A stretch of DNA of 64,000 nucleotides, taken from contig NC_043008.1 of assembly GCF_006345805.1 (NCBI RefSeq), positions 24,180,001 to 24,244,000 of the forward strand. Direction: 5' to 3'. The notes below the pieces were generated by a model that was given only the letters and a program-made list of their open reading frames with translations, ran no database searches and was not told where the DNA came from. The number at the start of each line of letters is the position of its first letter. The stretch's first letter is position 1. The DNA comes from Octopus sinensis. Lineage: Eukaryota. Positions 38,553 to 50,874 of this stretch are shown here, in pieces. The position numbers and the translations under genes are program-made.

Positions 38553-38754
38553 ATGCAGACACGTACTTCTTACTCGATAAAGTTCATCAGCACAGAGTTG
38601 TCCTACTTTATCTCCTCTAACGGAACACATAGAAATAGAACACATCTGTGTATATGTGTATAAACGAAACAGAAATAACTCAGTGGCCACCAGCACACTG
38701 ATAAATAAGGCTCTAATAAATGCCATGCAATATAGATTCATGATAAAATGCTCA

Positions 38755-38960
38755 CCTAGCAGAATCGTTAGCACGCCGGACAAAATGCTTAGCGACATTT
38801 CGTCCGTCTTATGTTCTGAGCTCAAATTCCGCCGAGGTCAACTTTACCTTTCACCCTTTCGGGGTGGATGAAATAAATAGCAGTTGAGCACTCGAGTTGA
38901 TGTAATCGACTTACCCCTCCCACAAAATTGCTGGCCTTGTGCCAAAATTTGGAACCAATA
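38755..38960 (+). mobile_element. SINE copy
   Basis: 'gcagaatcgttagcacgccggacaaaatgcttagc...aaattgctggccttgtgccaaaatttggaacc'. Confidence 0.8.
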
Positions 38961-41169
38961 TAAATTCATGATTTATTGCAATAATAATTGTTCTGTGGAA
39001 ATTGAAGTCAGCTGTAAGTGAGCAGGAAAAATAATCTCAAGAATCGAGAATTACTCCAAATTTCATGTAGATGTGTATTTGTGTTTGCGCACGCGTGCGT
39101 GAGAGAGAGAGAGAGAGTAAAAGAGAGGAGGAATGTGTAGGTGTTTACATACATATAAGTGTGTATGTGTGTGTCGTGTGTACACCTTTAGCTCTCCATT
39201 CCCTCTCTTCACGGACATTAAACGCTTTTACTTTCCCATACACATTTACACGCGACGCGCATACTCAGTGGCCGTCTCAGACTCACACCTCCACTCTTTG
39301 ACTATTCTTTTTTTGATTCGCACCAGTGAATCGCTTACTTCCCTCTACCCTCTTTACCAATAGCTACAGCAACCAGTCACTGCTTCATCGACAGCCACTT
39401 AATGCCTACGGATGCTTTTACTCTCACACTCAGCTATCACTTTTCTCTGCTTGTATGAAAAAGGACCACTTCTTTCAAAAAAGTCTATTTTTCTTCTCCC
39501 CTTCCAACGTTCTAGTAAGACATATACACCAGCTTTCCTATATCTTCCAATTTACTTTGTAGAACTTACACTATTTTGCCTTTTTCTTTGGTTTTTAATC
39601 TCACCATCTCGATTATTTGATGTTCGATTTTTAGTTTCATTTTTTTTAACACTTCGCGCTTTATTTCACCCCTTGCAATGATCTGATCATTCTCATTGAA
39701 CTTGTCTTGATGTTTGCATTTGACAAAACCAAGAATCCCAACTGCTGTCTTGTAAGTTGCTTTAAGCTCTTTTAATATTGTTCAATACTCAGTGTGTCGT
39801 CTGACATATTGTCCAGAACTTTATCCAAGGTCTATCCTAGTTCAGTGCAATTTTCTTGTGCCTTGAGAATTGATACTATGAACTTCTTTACACGCTTAGT
39901 TATGTTTCTGTAAACTTTAAGCATATGACTCCCTTGATTGCTGTGATCTAATCAACAGTCTGCTCCAGTCTGGTAATGTGAACGACTTTTTGGTCCATCT
40001 ACCAAGTCAGCAGGAACTAAGGCCAGGTATCAGCAAGCGAAACATGTAAAACGGGGTTCCATGTGGTCGTATCATATAGGAAATACAACCGCACGCGATC
40101 CCATTCTTAAAGAGTTAGGACAAACCATTTATACATGCAGCACAATAGAACATAAGGGATTGACAACAAGTCACTGTTTGAGAGGCAAGATAAGATTTTA
40201 TTTACAATGAAGTTAAGGTTGGAAGTGTATGGGAGCATGCAACACGTGTTTGTGTCTGTGTGTGACAGAACAATGAATGTGGTTGACATAGAAAAGTACC
40301 TGATGGTGGAAGATAGCAGTCTTTGGGTGTTGAGCGTACATTGGCATAGTGGTTAAGGAACAGTTGTATCATTTTGTTGTTTAGCGCTGTCTCTGAAGCT
40401 AGTTCTTACAAGAACTAAAGACAGGTAATTGATTTACTGTTTATGAGGTACACGAGGTGTAAGAGTTCAATATCAAGATGTTGTGTCTCGGAGCTGACAT
40501 CTGTTGAATCGCTTGTTGCGTTTATCTTCCTGATATGAATTCCTTTCAGATATATTCACTGTAGCCGTTTTCTCGTGGTGAGATTTTCACCTAACCGCTT
40601 GAGTTGAATCTGTGATAGTCTTGTGTACTATTTAAAACTTCGTAGCTAGGGACGATGTTTGCTTGGTTTTTGTTCCTCTTGATATAGATTCCTGCAACTG
40701 TTTTTCCGTGGTGTGGTTTTCACACAAACAGTATGAGTTGGTTTTGTAGCCATCTTATGTACGAGCTAAATCTTCGTAGGTAGCGACGGAGTTGGTGATG
40801 CCGTTATGTCTGGTTATATGGTCTCCGACCAGGACCTTAGAAGGTCTTAAGCTGACAGACGAGCTCTGTGGTCAGAGACTTAGCTCTGAAAAGAACTAAA
40901 AGCCTAAGACGGATATTTGTCTGAGAAACCTTTGTTTTATACAGTTTATTGGGCTCAAAATGAACTTCAGAAATGGAAAGCTGTGATTGGCTGCTTGGAA
41001 CTATGGCGCGAAAATAAACGGAGGCAAATCGCGCCAAGTGATAACCAGCGGTGCGAACGTAGTAGAGACCAACGTGTCAGCCAATCGAATTAGTGTTTAC
41101 AACAATGTTGAACTAGCCGAAGATGTTTGTAATCTCGACCGAGGTTATTCTTAATACTTTTCTCAAACA

Positions 41170-42200
41170 GTGAAGATAGCAATGAGAGACGATATTGCTA
41201 CACATGCCTTGTAGATCAGACTAAGAGCCATGAAGAACATATAGCGGGGGAATAAAACATCTGAACTACAGGCAGCTACTGATAAACATGACATGAAGAC
41301 TTGAGAATCTCAAGGCTAGACTAGTATCACTGCACCGGTTCTAACACCAGAGGGCACCTAGCTTCGTACAGAGAAGAACGACATCCTCTCTAGTTGAGCA
41401 GAGCACTTAAACACTTAAACCAAGTATCAGTTTCAAAATTTGGCACAAGGCCAGCAATTTCTGGGGAGTGATAATGCGATTACATCGACCTCAGTGATCA
41501 ATTTACTTCGCCGACCCCGAAAGGATGAAAGGCAAAGTCTCAATGGAATTTGAACTCAGAACGTAAAGATGGGCGAAATACCACAAGCATTTTGTTCGGT
41601 GCGGAAATGATTGTGCCAATTCGCCACCCTCAATCCTAAACCATATATGAACAGCAAACAATGACATCATTCATACCTTTCTACTACACGATATCTTGGA
41701 TCAGCATGACTAGGGACCATCCCTCTTATAGCTGACGAAAACCATAAAACAGTTGTCCTCCGGGAAGCCACCAGGCCCTGACGGCATATCAGCCGAGGTT
41801 TACAAATATGGCGGAACTCATCTGGTTAAAAATTCACCAAACGTTATCAGACCATATCGAACCAAGTGTTCCACAGGATGACAACGATGACTCTACGGTA
41901 CATCTATACAAACGAAAAACAAATACTGTTGCAACAAGCCATCATGGCTTATCACTCCTCTCCACTACCGTCAGTCATGTTCAACTGCAACATTCTTCAT
42001 CTAGTGGACACTGTGTACACTAAATCCCAATGTAGTTTCCGTCGTGATCGAAGCACAATTGATATGGTATTCGCTTGACGTCCAACAGAAGACTAGAGAT
42101 TAGACCTAGGACCTATACACGGTCTTTGATTTAACAAAAGCTTTTGATATGGTATACCACGATGCCATCTGGAAAGTCCTACACAGGTCCTGCATAAGTA
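41170..42200 (+). mobile_element. RTE LINE fragment with a SINE insertion (41425-41630, minus)
   Basis: LSSGKPPGPDGISAEVYKYGG, HLYKRK, FRRDRSTIDMVFA, DLTKAFD. Confidence 0.75.
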
Positions 42201-42550
42201 TGAAAGCAGTCCAATGGAGAAGTTCTTGCTACTAAGTAACCGCCGACTTTGAAGCAACCATGATCAACATCTTGAATGGAAAAGACACTAATGTAAAGCG
42301 GGGTTTAGTCTACTCCAAATGACGGAGATCACTACTGCAAATCCTGGATAGGCGTGAATTTTTACATGAGACAACACGACAAAATATTTGAAATAAGAAT
42401 ACTGGCAACAACAGTAATAGTATCAAAACTAGCTATATATATTTGTGTTTATAGCTATATATATGTCAACACAACGGAGTGTGTTCGTGTATGCATGTAT
42501 GTATGTATGTATGTATGTATGTATGTATGTATGTATGTATGTATGTATGC

Positions 42551-43077
42551 ATGTAACCCAGTACAACCTGTTGCATGGTTGGGTCGTTGGCGGCTAAACC
42601 GGCAACCCCACCAAGCTTGCTTGGTGAGGAGGGTGTTTATTGGACACCCAGCGGGATGAAAAACAAAACTCGTCAAAAAGCGGAGGAACTCTTGAGAGTC
42701 AACGGCCATCCAATAAATGTCATAAGGCTGTATCATGCGCGGGGATCACTAGAAATAATCGGACTGAATACCCGATCGCGCGGTTAAACCATTGGGAGTG
42801 AAGGACTCCGAGCCTTTGTTAGGGCATCCTTCTAGGCGAAAGTAACTCAGGTAATTAGGATAACTCCGACATAAAACCTGTGGCTCAGTGGTTACCGATG
42901 ATGTTGACTTGTTCTTCTTTTCGGATTATGGCTGCTGTTGCTTAGTGAGTGGGATTGACTCAGCGCACAGCCTTTCCTCACTTTAAAAAAAATCTTCTTG
43001 CACAGGCATTGCACGATAACAACATTGATTAAGCTTCGTGCAATGGCCATACTCGATAACGAGGGGGCAGCCACCCT
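42551..43077 (+). mobile_element. RTE-associated SINE-like element in (TATG)n
   Basis: Inverted near-identical copy of 35513-36023. Confidence 0.85.
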
Positions 43078-43088
43078 GTATGTATGTA

Positions 43089-43150
<62 letters not shown>

Positions 43151-43559
43151 TGAGTGAGAAAGTAACATGTAGAGTTTTTATGGCTTAATTCATGGTGGTA
43201 AGGGGCGAAGTGCTCATGAACGTTGTAACCCTTCAACTAATTGTAATCATCCCAATTCACTCTTTCACCTTTCATATTTTCATTTCCATTCTTACATCTG
43301 TAGCAGTAAGGCAAAAATCTTTTGCTCGCACAAAACAGTTCCTTACAGGTGCTTCTTGTTCTTACTACACATTTGTTATAGATAATTGCTGATCGCCGCC
43401 GTTGTTGGATTTTACCTACAACCCACGTTGTTTGAAACAAGCCATCCAGTGGAACTGAAAACAGTAGAGCGAAAAGGAAACGTGAAGAAATCACACTGGA
43501 TTTTATACTTGTGGCTGTGGCTTTTTAAAAAGCTTGATACGAGAGGGAAAAAAATCAGC

Positions 43560-44140
43560 TCCACTCCCAAAAACATTTAAGCTTGCACTGTCTCCAGTGG
43601 GAACAAGTCGTGATCGGACCTTAATTTGTAAGAGAGCTAATGTGGTGCATAAAATGGAAAGGGTCCTAAGTGTATGAATCGAAGATCATATTTTCCCGTA
43701 ATGTGCCGATAAGCACAATGGTAATTAATAAAAATTAAAAAAAGATTTTTAAGCCCCAAATTTATAAGACAGAAAAAGGAAGTCGAAATTTTCCAATGAA
43801 AAACGTTTATGAAGCGCTTGAATCTGCAAACATAAGAATAACAAGCAAAGCTGCTAATTTGCTGCTAATTATCTTGGGCAGCTGAAGATTGTTGAAGGTG
43901 CCTACACACTAAGTTAAGCTTACAAATTTGATAAAACGTCACTTCTCTGGAAATGCATGCCTTCTAGAAATTTTCATTTCTCGAGAAGCAAAGTCAGCAC
44001 CAGGATTTAAAGCTTCCAAAAGTTGTCTGACATTTCTGGGAGAAAATGCCGCTGGTGATATGAAATTAAATCCCTTCCTTGTGTGTCACTTCCAAAATGC
44101 AAAAGCTTTCAGGGTTTACTCAAAGCTTAATCTGCTATAA
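43560..44140 (+). mobile_element. Tigger/pogo transposase remnant
   Basis: ISREAKSAPGFKASKSCLTFLGENAAGDMKLNPFLV (DDE_1-like). Confidence 0.75.
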
Positions 44141-44309
44141 AGTATAGATGTGTGTGCATGCGTCCATGCGTGGGTGCGTGTGTCCATGCGTGTGCGTGTG
44201 TGTGTGTGCGTGTGCGCGCGTGTGTGTGTGTGTGCAGTGAGTCTATCTATCTATCTATCTATCTATCTGTCTGTCTGTCTGTCTATGTATGTATGTGTGT
44301 GTATCTATC

Positions 44310-44387
<78 letters not shown>

Positions 44388-44391
<4 letters not shown>

Positions 44392-44760
44392 ATCCAAACA
44401 AGAAAACACAGAAAAAAAGGGAAAAAAAAAGAAAAAAACACAGCAACGCAGGACGTGGAACAATTAAAGTATTATTGACGCTCAGGAAAGAAGGGCAGGA
44501 GGGTTTAACGTTTCGAGCGGAGCTCTTCGTCGGAAACAAGGAGAAGGAAAGATCCCAAGGAGGGAAGACAGAGGAGACAATATTTGAGCTGGTGGTGCTT
44601 AAGAGATCACATATATATATCCTGTTGTGTCTGGGGAGAGTCATTTCCTTTTTGTGCCTTATAATGTAACACACTCACCGGTAAAATTTCCACTTCTTTC
44701 TTATTTTTATTTTCTAAAATTTTCGTTGCGCCTTGCAACATTTTCAATAGTTTTGACTCT
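44388..44760 (-). mobile_element. Penelope-like pseudo-LTR with a minimal hammerhead motif (44503-44537)
   Basis: Minus strand reads GUUU-CCGACGA-A-GAGC ucc GCUC-GAAA-CG-UU-AAAC. Ends in (TA)n. Confidence 0.65.
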
Positions 44761-45339
44761 GTCTGTTATTTACACTGCATTCCTTTTTGTTTGTTTGTGC
44801 GCATGTGTGTGGGTCAGTGTATGTGTGTGCCTATACATGCATGCATGTACGTACGTATGTGTGTGCGTGTTTGCATGTATTTGTATGTATATATGTGTGT
44901 ATACATATGTATATATGTGCATCTGTATGTACATATCCTGCATATTTATGTGCTTGCATGTCTGTTGTTTGTGTATTTTCTAAGTATGTGTGTGTGAGCA
45001 TGTGTTTGTATATGTATGCACCTCTGTCTCCTTGTGTGTGCATGTCTGTGTGTGTTATGCAACTATGTACCATGTTTGTATGTATGGACGTGCATCTTTA
45101 TATGTGTGGTTCCGTGTCCCCATATGTGTCTGTTCTTATAGCTTATGTACCTATCCGTCTGTATGTTGATCTGTTTATTTTCATGCTTACATACATAAAA
45201 AGGAAGTGGCGGGGGCATACACACACATACATATCTTTATCTACCTAACAGTCCACCTAACTATTCTACTCTACCTAAAGAATCTTGGAAACCAAATCCA
45301 AAAACGAAATATATATATATATATATATATATGGATCGG

Positions 45340-45452
45340 TGTTCTTTTGTTTACAAACCTCCAATACAGTATAAATATTCGTGTTTAAATATATATATAT
45401 ATATATGAACACGAATATTTATACTCTTTTGGAGGTTTGTAAACAAAAGAAC
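45340..45452. repeat. Hairpin with ~45-bp inverted arms around a (TA)n loop
   Basis: gttcttttgtttacaaacctccaa...tattcgtgtt versus aacacgaatattt...ttggaggtttgtaaacaaaagaac. Confidence 0.85.
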
Positions 45453-46619
45453 GGCGACCCACAAGACACGAAAGATACAATAAAAGCGTGGAATTCAAGT
45501 AACTTAATGGTAAGTTTAGTCTATTCAGAGTTATATCCCTTAGACAGTTCCACTTTCTGTGGATCACGTTTAAGTACAGATTGCCATGTATTTGTATATG
45601 TGAATGCAACACGAAGTGGGTAAGTCATGCTGTGCAACCCAGTAGAACATGTGCTTTTGGTATTCTGTTCTGTTCTTGAATTATCTCATTTTGAATATGT
45701 TTATGCAATAATATTCTTAGTATAGATCTTTCGATGTAGCATTGCAGTTCATATGCAAGCATCATACACTCTAATAGAGGTAATAGCTCTCTGAACTCTC
45801 TCTAGCTAGTTTCCTATTCTAGCAGCTATGTTTTCAAAGCATCTTTCTCCACTGTTAATTCCAGTCATTAAAGAAATAGAAACTATCTACTGGGCATTTA
45901 AGGAAATCTCTTTCTTGTGTCTTCTTCATGTTTATTCTCCCTGTGCACTTCAGGTACTGATGGTGGGGTGAAAGTTGTTAAATTCTCCATAAGTGCATAC
46001 GTTTTATTTTTATCTATTAAAAACGAACATATAAAAAATAATAAAAATTTGAAATATTCAAGGTGGAGGATAACTCTTGACAGAGCAATATACTTTTATA
46101 AATATCTTTCTAATCGTGTATTCTTTATAATTCCTTGAATTAAGTTGAAGCCTACAGAAAAAATTTACCATAAATGAAGGCATGAAGTATATATTCAAAA
46201 GAAACACCATTTACATTCAAAGGAAACACAGTATGAAAGAATCTAATTTTCTGTAAAATAATGTTTAATTAAAGAAAACATATTTCTTTTACAGTGTTAA
46301 TGTTTCTCTAAAATATTTTGTCACATGGCAATGCATTGACAATATTTCAAGGTAGGTATAGTCAAAGTCATGTGTTTAAGAAATTTAAACAAATTTTTAA
46401 ACAAAAGCAAGTGTTTCTGAATTTAAATATACTGTACAGCACCTTAAACAAGTATATTCACCTTACTTTCAAGCTTTATATTAAATTCAAACTGTTTAAG
46501 TGAAGTGGGATGAATAGAAACTATGTTGAAGCTTGTTGAAGGGGTTGGTACTTTTAGTAGCATCCACTCTTTGATAAATATTTGAACCAATGTGACAGGG
46601 TTTCTTTCTGGTTTCCTCC

Positions 46620-46915
46620 ATCAAAGTGGTGGTCCATGGACCGGTACCAGTCTGTGAGACATCAGCTGCCGGTATGCAACGAGTTTCCAGAAAAGAAAGA
46701 AACATTATAAAATGTTTATGTAATATTGTATTATTTGTTTACAAAATAAATATAAAATAAAAAAATTGTCAACTTTTATTATATTCATTATATATATTGT
46801 TTCTGGTATAAATTAATATTACTAAGAAATATTACCGGTCCCTGGCACATTGGAAAAAAAGAAAAAAAGAAAAAACTGCCAGTAGGCTATTTCAGATAGT
46901 TTGAGAAGCACTGCT
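46620..46915. mobile_element. hAT/Charlie-like MITE remnant
   Basis: 'caaagtggtggtccatggaccggtacc' and 'ccggtccctgg...gtttgagaagcactg' resemble Charlie-type ends. Confidence 0.45.
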
Positions 46916-47585
46916 CTACGAAATATCACAGACACTGTCCTTCCTCTACAGATTAAGTAAAATAAAATTTCTTGGTTAAGTTGTAATAGTAAAGTTATCT
47001 CCCCTGACATACATCTATGGCGGAGTGAATTAGGTTCACCCTTTTTGCATATTGTGTTAATGTGTATAAAAGTTATGGTGGGTGACATACAATTTTCTAA
47101 AAAAAACTTCCTAATTATTTAATATTTTCGTAAAGGGGGGAAAATATGGAAGATATAAAAACAAATATTATGATGTTTCGCTGATAAATCTGTTTTAAAT
47201 AGTATTTGTGTTCAAAAACGTATTAGGCATGTTATGAGAAGTGGAGGAAAAGCTTAATTATAAAAGAGAAGAAAAATTGTTTGTGTTAGAAAACAAAAGC
47301 AAAAATGCCATGAAAGTGCAACTGCCATAAATAGTCACGTGGTTTTGATTTGAATATGTATTCATTCAGAGAATATTTTGATGAATGACCACAATATTTG
47401 TTTAGTGATAAGATATAAAGGAGAAAAAAGAGGAACTAAAAAGAAGCCATAGTCAGAAAACACATTTTCTACCTTTGTCTGTCTGTCTGTCTGTCTGTAT
47501 GTATGTATGTATACGCTCACACACACTCACACACACACACACACACACACACAAATAATAATAATAATAAAAATAATAATAATAA

Positions 47586-48080
47586 TTGTGTACAGTGCTC
47601 AGGTGCACTACAACTCATCTAAAGTGTATATATAATCAGGTGTAGTTTTGGCGGATTTTGGAAAGCATGAGGGCCTTAAAGGATGCAGTGTCATGGCAGT
47701 CAACAACTGACGCAGGCAGTTTATTCCATGCTTCAGCAACTCTGAGCGTGAAAAAATGTTTCCGAAAGTCATGGGAGCTGTGTTGTTTTCTGACTTTGTA
47801 GGCATGTCCACGTGTGTTAGACACATGGAGATCAAAAAGGTGTTCAGTGTTGTTGTTGGTGAGGTGGTTGATAACTTTGTGGGTGTTTACCAAGTCCGTC
47901 GCCAGATGCCGGAGCTTCAGTGAATCCATGCCCAGGGAAACAAGGTGCTAAGAATATGGTAGGTGTCTGATGGAGGGTATGCGTTTGGTTGCACGTTTCT
48001 GGACAGATTCCAGGAGGTCAATGTTCTGAGCAAGATAGGGGTTCCAAACTGATGATGCAAATTCCAAGTGTGGTCGTACC
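47586..48080 (-). mobile_element. 3' end of a CR1-type LINE with a (TTA)n tail
   Basis: VRPHLEFASSVWNP, LESVQKRATK, NTRGHAYK...FFTLRVAEAWNKLP. Confidence 0.88.
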
Positions 48081-48157
48081 ATCTCTCTCTCTCTCTCACT
48101 CACGCACACACGTGAACACATCCTAAGTTTTAATTTCAGGATACACGAATATCACTT

Positions 48158-49057
48158 TTACTTGTGAATAATATGACCTGGTAAACTTGGAACATAACCA
48201 TTAGCATTCATTGCACCGGAATCTGGATCATTTGGAGGAACAATATTTCCCAAGCCATGTACAGGGACTCTATGCTCAGTGTTAAGATTGACATCTTGAT
48301 GAGTTGGTTGAGAGTATTCAGGAGCAGAATGCATAAACCTATTTGGAAACTCCAATAGCAGGCTTACTACTGCAGTGTGGCCTCCTTTGGCAGCTTCTAT
48401 TATCATGGTCGAGCCATCCTTCAACCTGTGTGTGAGGTTAGCACCGCTATTTAATAACAGTTCAACAACTTCAAGGTGGCCTCCCGCACAGGCTAAAGAA
48501 AGCACTGTGTGATCATTTGTTGAGGTCTGACGGTTAACATTGGCCCCTTTATTTATTAAAAATTGGACAGTGCATTGATGTCCTGCTCTGGCAGCTTTCA
48601 TTAAAGGTGTTCTTCCTCCTTCAGATTCATGTTCCAGTTTTGCATTAGCACGAAGGAGGATCTCTGCAACATCCGTGTGTCCATTCTCACAAGCATACGT
48701 CAGTGCTGTATCGCCTGTTGCAGTCTGAGCATGAACATTTGCATCATTACCTAAAAGATAACTAACTAAATCCAGATGCCCTTCTTGAGCTGCCTCCATA
48801 AGAGGAGTGCTACATCCAAGTTCTATGTCAGCACCAGCTTTGATAAGAAAGTCAGCCACCTCAAGAAATCCACCACAACAGGCCAGAGTTAAAGCTGTCT
48901 CTTGTGTTTCTTCAGTTTGGGCATTGATGTCAGCACCATGAGCAAGTAAAAGTGCTACCATTTCTTCATGGCCCTCTCGTGCAGCTTCCATTAGTGGTGT
49001 ATAACCTTCATCATTAACTTCTTCCAAATTTGCACCTCTTTCAATTAACAAGTTTGC
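48158..49057 (-). CDS. ANKRD17: Intronless internal fragment of multiple-ankyrin-repeat KH protein MASK (ANKHD1/ANKRD17); probable processed retrocopy or a large exon
   Basis: LLIERGANLEEVNDEGYTPLMEAAREGHEEMVALLL...TEETQETALTLACCGGFLEVADFLIKAGADIELGCSTPLMEAAQEGH...HESEGGRTPLMKAARAGH...HRLKDGSTMIIEAAKGGH is the diagnostic MASK ankyrin block. About 300 open codons with no native start. Confidence 0.85.
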   Translation of the reverse strand, partial: ANLLIERGANLEEVNDEGYTPLMEAAREGHEEMVALLLAHGADINAQTEETQETALTLACCGGFLEVADFLIKAGADIELGCSTPLMEAAQEGHLDLVSYLLGNDANVHAQTATGDTALTYACENGHTDVAEILLRANAKLEHESEGGRTPLMKAARAGHQCTVQFLINKGANVNRQTSTNDHTVLSLACAGGHLEVVELLLNSGANLTHRLKDGSTMIIEAAKGGHTAVVSLLLEFPNRFMHSAPEYSQPTHQDVNLNTEHRVPVHGLGNIVPPNDPDSGAMNANGYVPSLPGHIIHK

Positions 49058-49069
49058 TTGTCCAAATAA

Positions 49070-50165
49070 TTGGACTTGAAAGCCACTGCTCAACAACTCA
49101 AATATGGACGTGATACACCTCGACTTTGCAAAAGCCTTTGACAAAGTCGACCATGGTATGATGTGTCACAAGCTCTTAAATCTTGGCATATTTGGAAAAC
49201 TTGGAGAATGGCTGCATGGCTTTCTGAAAGATAGAAGTCAGCTAGTGGTGGTCAATGGGGCCACCTCCAAAAAAACACAAATAATGAGTGATGTTCCACT
49301 GGGCACTGTCCTGGGGGTCTCCGTTATTTATAGTGGCCCTCTCACAGGCTCAGATAGCTATGCTAACAATATAAAAATCTCTCAGAGGATACAGAACCCT
49401 GGAGACGTTGTGTATCTGCAACGTGAGTTGGACGCAATATGCAGGTGGGCTGAGGAAAATAACATGCGGTTTAATGCTGGAAATTCCCAAGCCCTGCAAT
49501 ACTAACATAGGTAGCTCAATGAAAAGCAAATAGGATACGCTGGTCCAGGAGGGATTCCAATCCCTGAATCAAGATCAGTGCACGACCCAGGCATCAACAT
49601 GGGTGCACTTTTCTAAGTTGGCAATAAAATGCAGACGTCTGGCCGGGTGCATCCTTCGAACTTTCAAGACAAAAGACAAAGAAACCATAATGGTCCTCTG
49701 GAGGACTTTCGTTTTCAGCTGTCTGGATTACTGCTCTCAAATGTGGTCACCAAACTGTAAAATTAGCAACGAAACATGAGACGATCCAGCGAAGCTACAA
49801 AAAGAAAATCGATACAATGTGACGTATCAGCTACTGAGAGAGACTGAAAGTGTCAAGACTCTACTCCCTGGAGTGAAAGCGGGAAAGACATGCAATTATA
49901 TACATCTGGAAAATACTAGAAAAACTTGTTCCAAGCTTTGGAATTGTCACACAAACAACAGGATGGGGCGCTACTGCATGGTACCAAATGTCCCCACATT
50001 GCCATCAGGATACAGAACCAGATACTGCAACTGCTTGGGCTTCAAAGGCCCACAACTCTTCAATATCCTCCCACAAAGCCTGAAAGACCTGCATGGCATA
50101 GATACAGGCTTTTTCAAAACAAAACTAGATCCCTTTCTGTTAAGAGTCCCAGATGAACCTACTTG
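49070..50165 (+). mobile_element. CR1/L2-type LINE RT and C-terminal fragment
   Basis: DVIHLDFAKAFDKVDHG, VPLGTVLG, WAEENNMRFNA, LDYCSQMWSP, GPQLFNILP. Confidence 0.88.
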
Positions 50166-50307
50166 CAGGCATAGCAACGTCAAACTCCATCATCCACAAA
50201 ATGTCATACATTACAGGAGGTTTAGTGAAATTGTAGCAAAGTAAACAGCGGTACCCTAGCATGGCCGCAGTCCTTGGACTGAGACTTCTATAAGAAAAGA
50301 AAAACGT

Positions 50308-50449
<142 letters not shown>

Positions 50450-50597
50450 CAGACATGCAGGAAGTAAATAGACACCTTTAATTTTCAAAATTTCTGATCT
50501 AAGTGTCTTAATATGTTTTTAGTGGCGTAGAATATTCAATGTAATTATTCTTTTGCATTCCAGGTGCCATTATATTAAACATTTGAGAAGAGTAACC

Positions 50598-50870
50598 ATG
50601 CCACGCACAAAAACTTTAGCAGAACTGTCAGATTTTCAAAGATGTCATATTGTTAGGCAATCTTAGGCAGGTCTTAGCCAGCGAAAAATTGCCGAAAATC
50701 TTCAGATTCCTCTTGGTTCTGTTAATAGAATTATAGCGCAATTCAAAAGCCAAGGAAAAGAATCAACAGATTTTCGTGCAGACCGACCTGGGCCATCGAA
50801 AAGGAAGCTTTGCTGTTTGAAGAGAATTGTGGAAAACGAACCCCGTTCGAAGGCTTCTGACATTGCAAAA
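50598..50870 (+). mobile_element. Tc1 transposase N-terminal remnant
   Basis: MPRTKTLAELSDFQRCHIV...[22 protein letters not shown] (paired-like HTH). Confidence 0.75.
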
Positions 50871-50874
50871 CATT

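Noticed and set aside
39430-41150. Possible old retroelement
   Set aside because: No diagnostic motif could be read with confidence.
46496-46705. Further MASK exon
   Set aside because: No homology and no AG acceptor. It overlaps a hAT-like end.
48158-49144. 328-aa ORF as a complete gene
   Set aside because: The first ~29 residues are the antisense of the CR1 RT and its junction. MASK homology starts at 49057.
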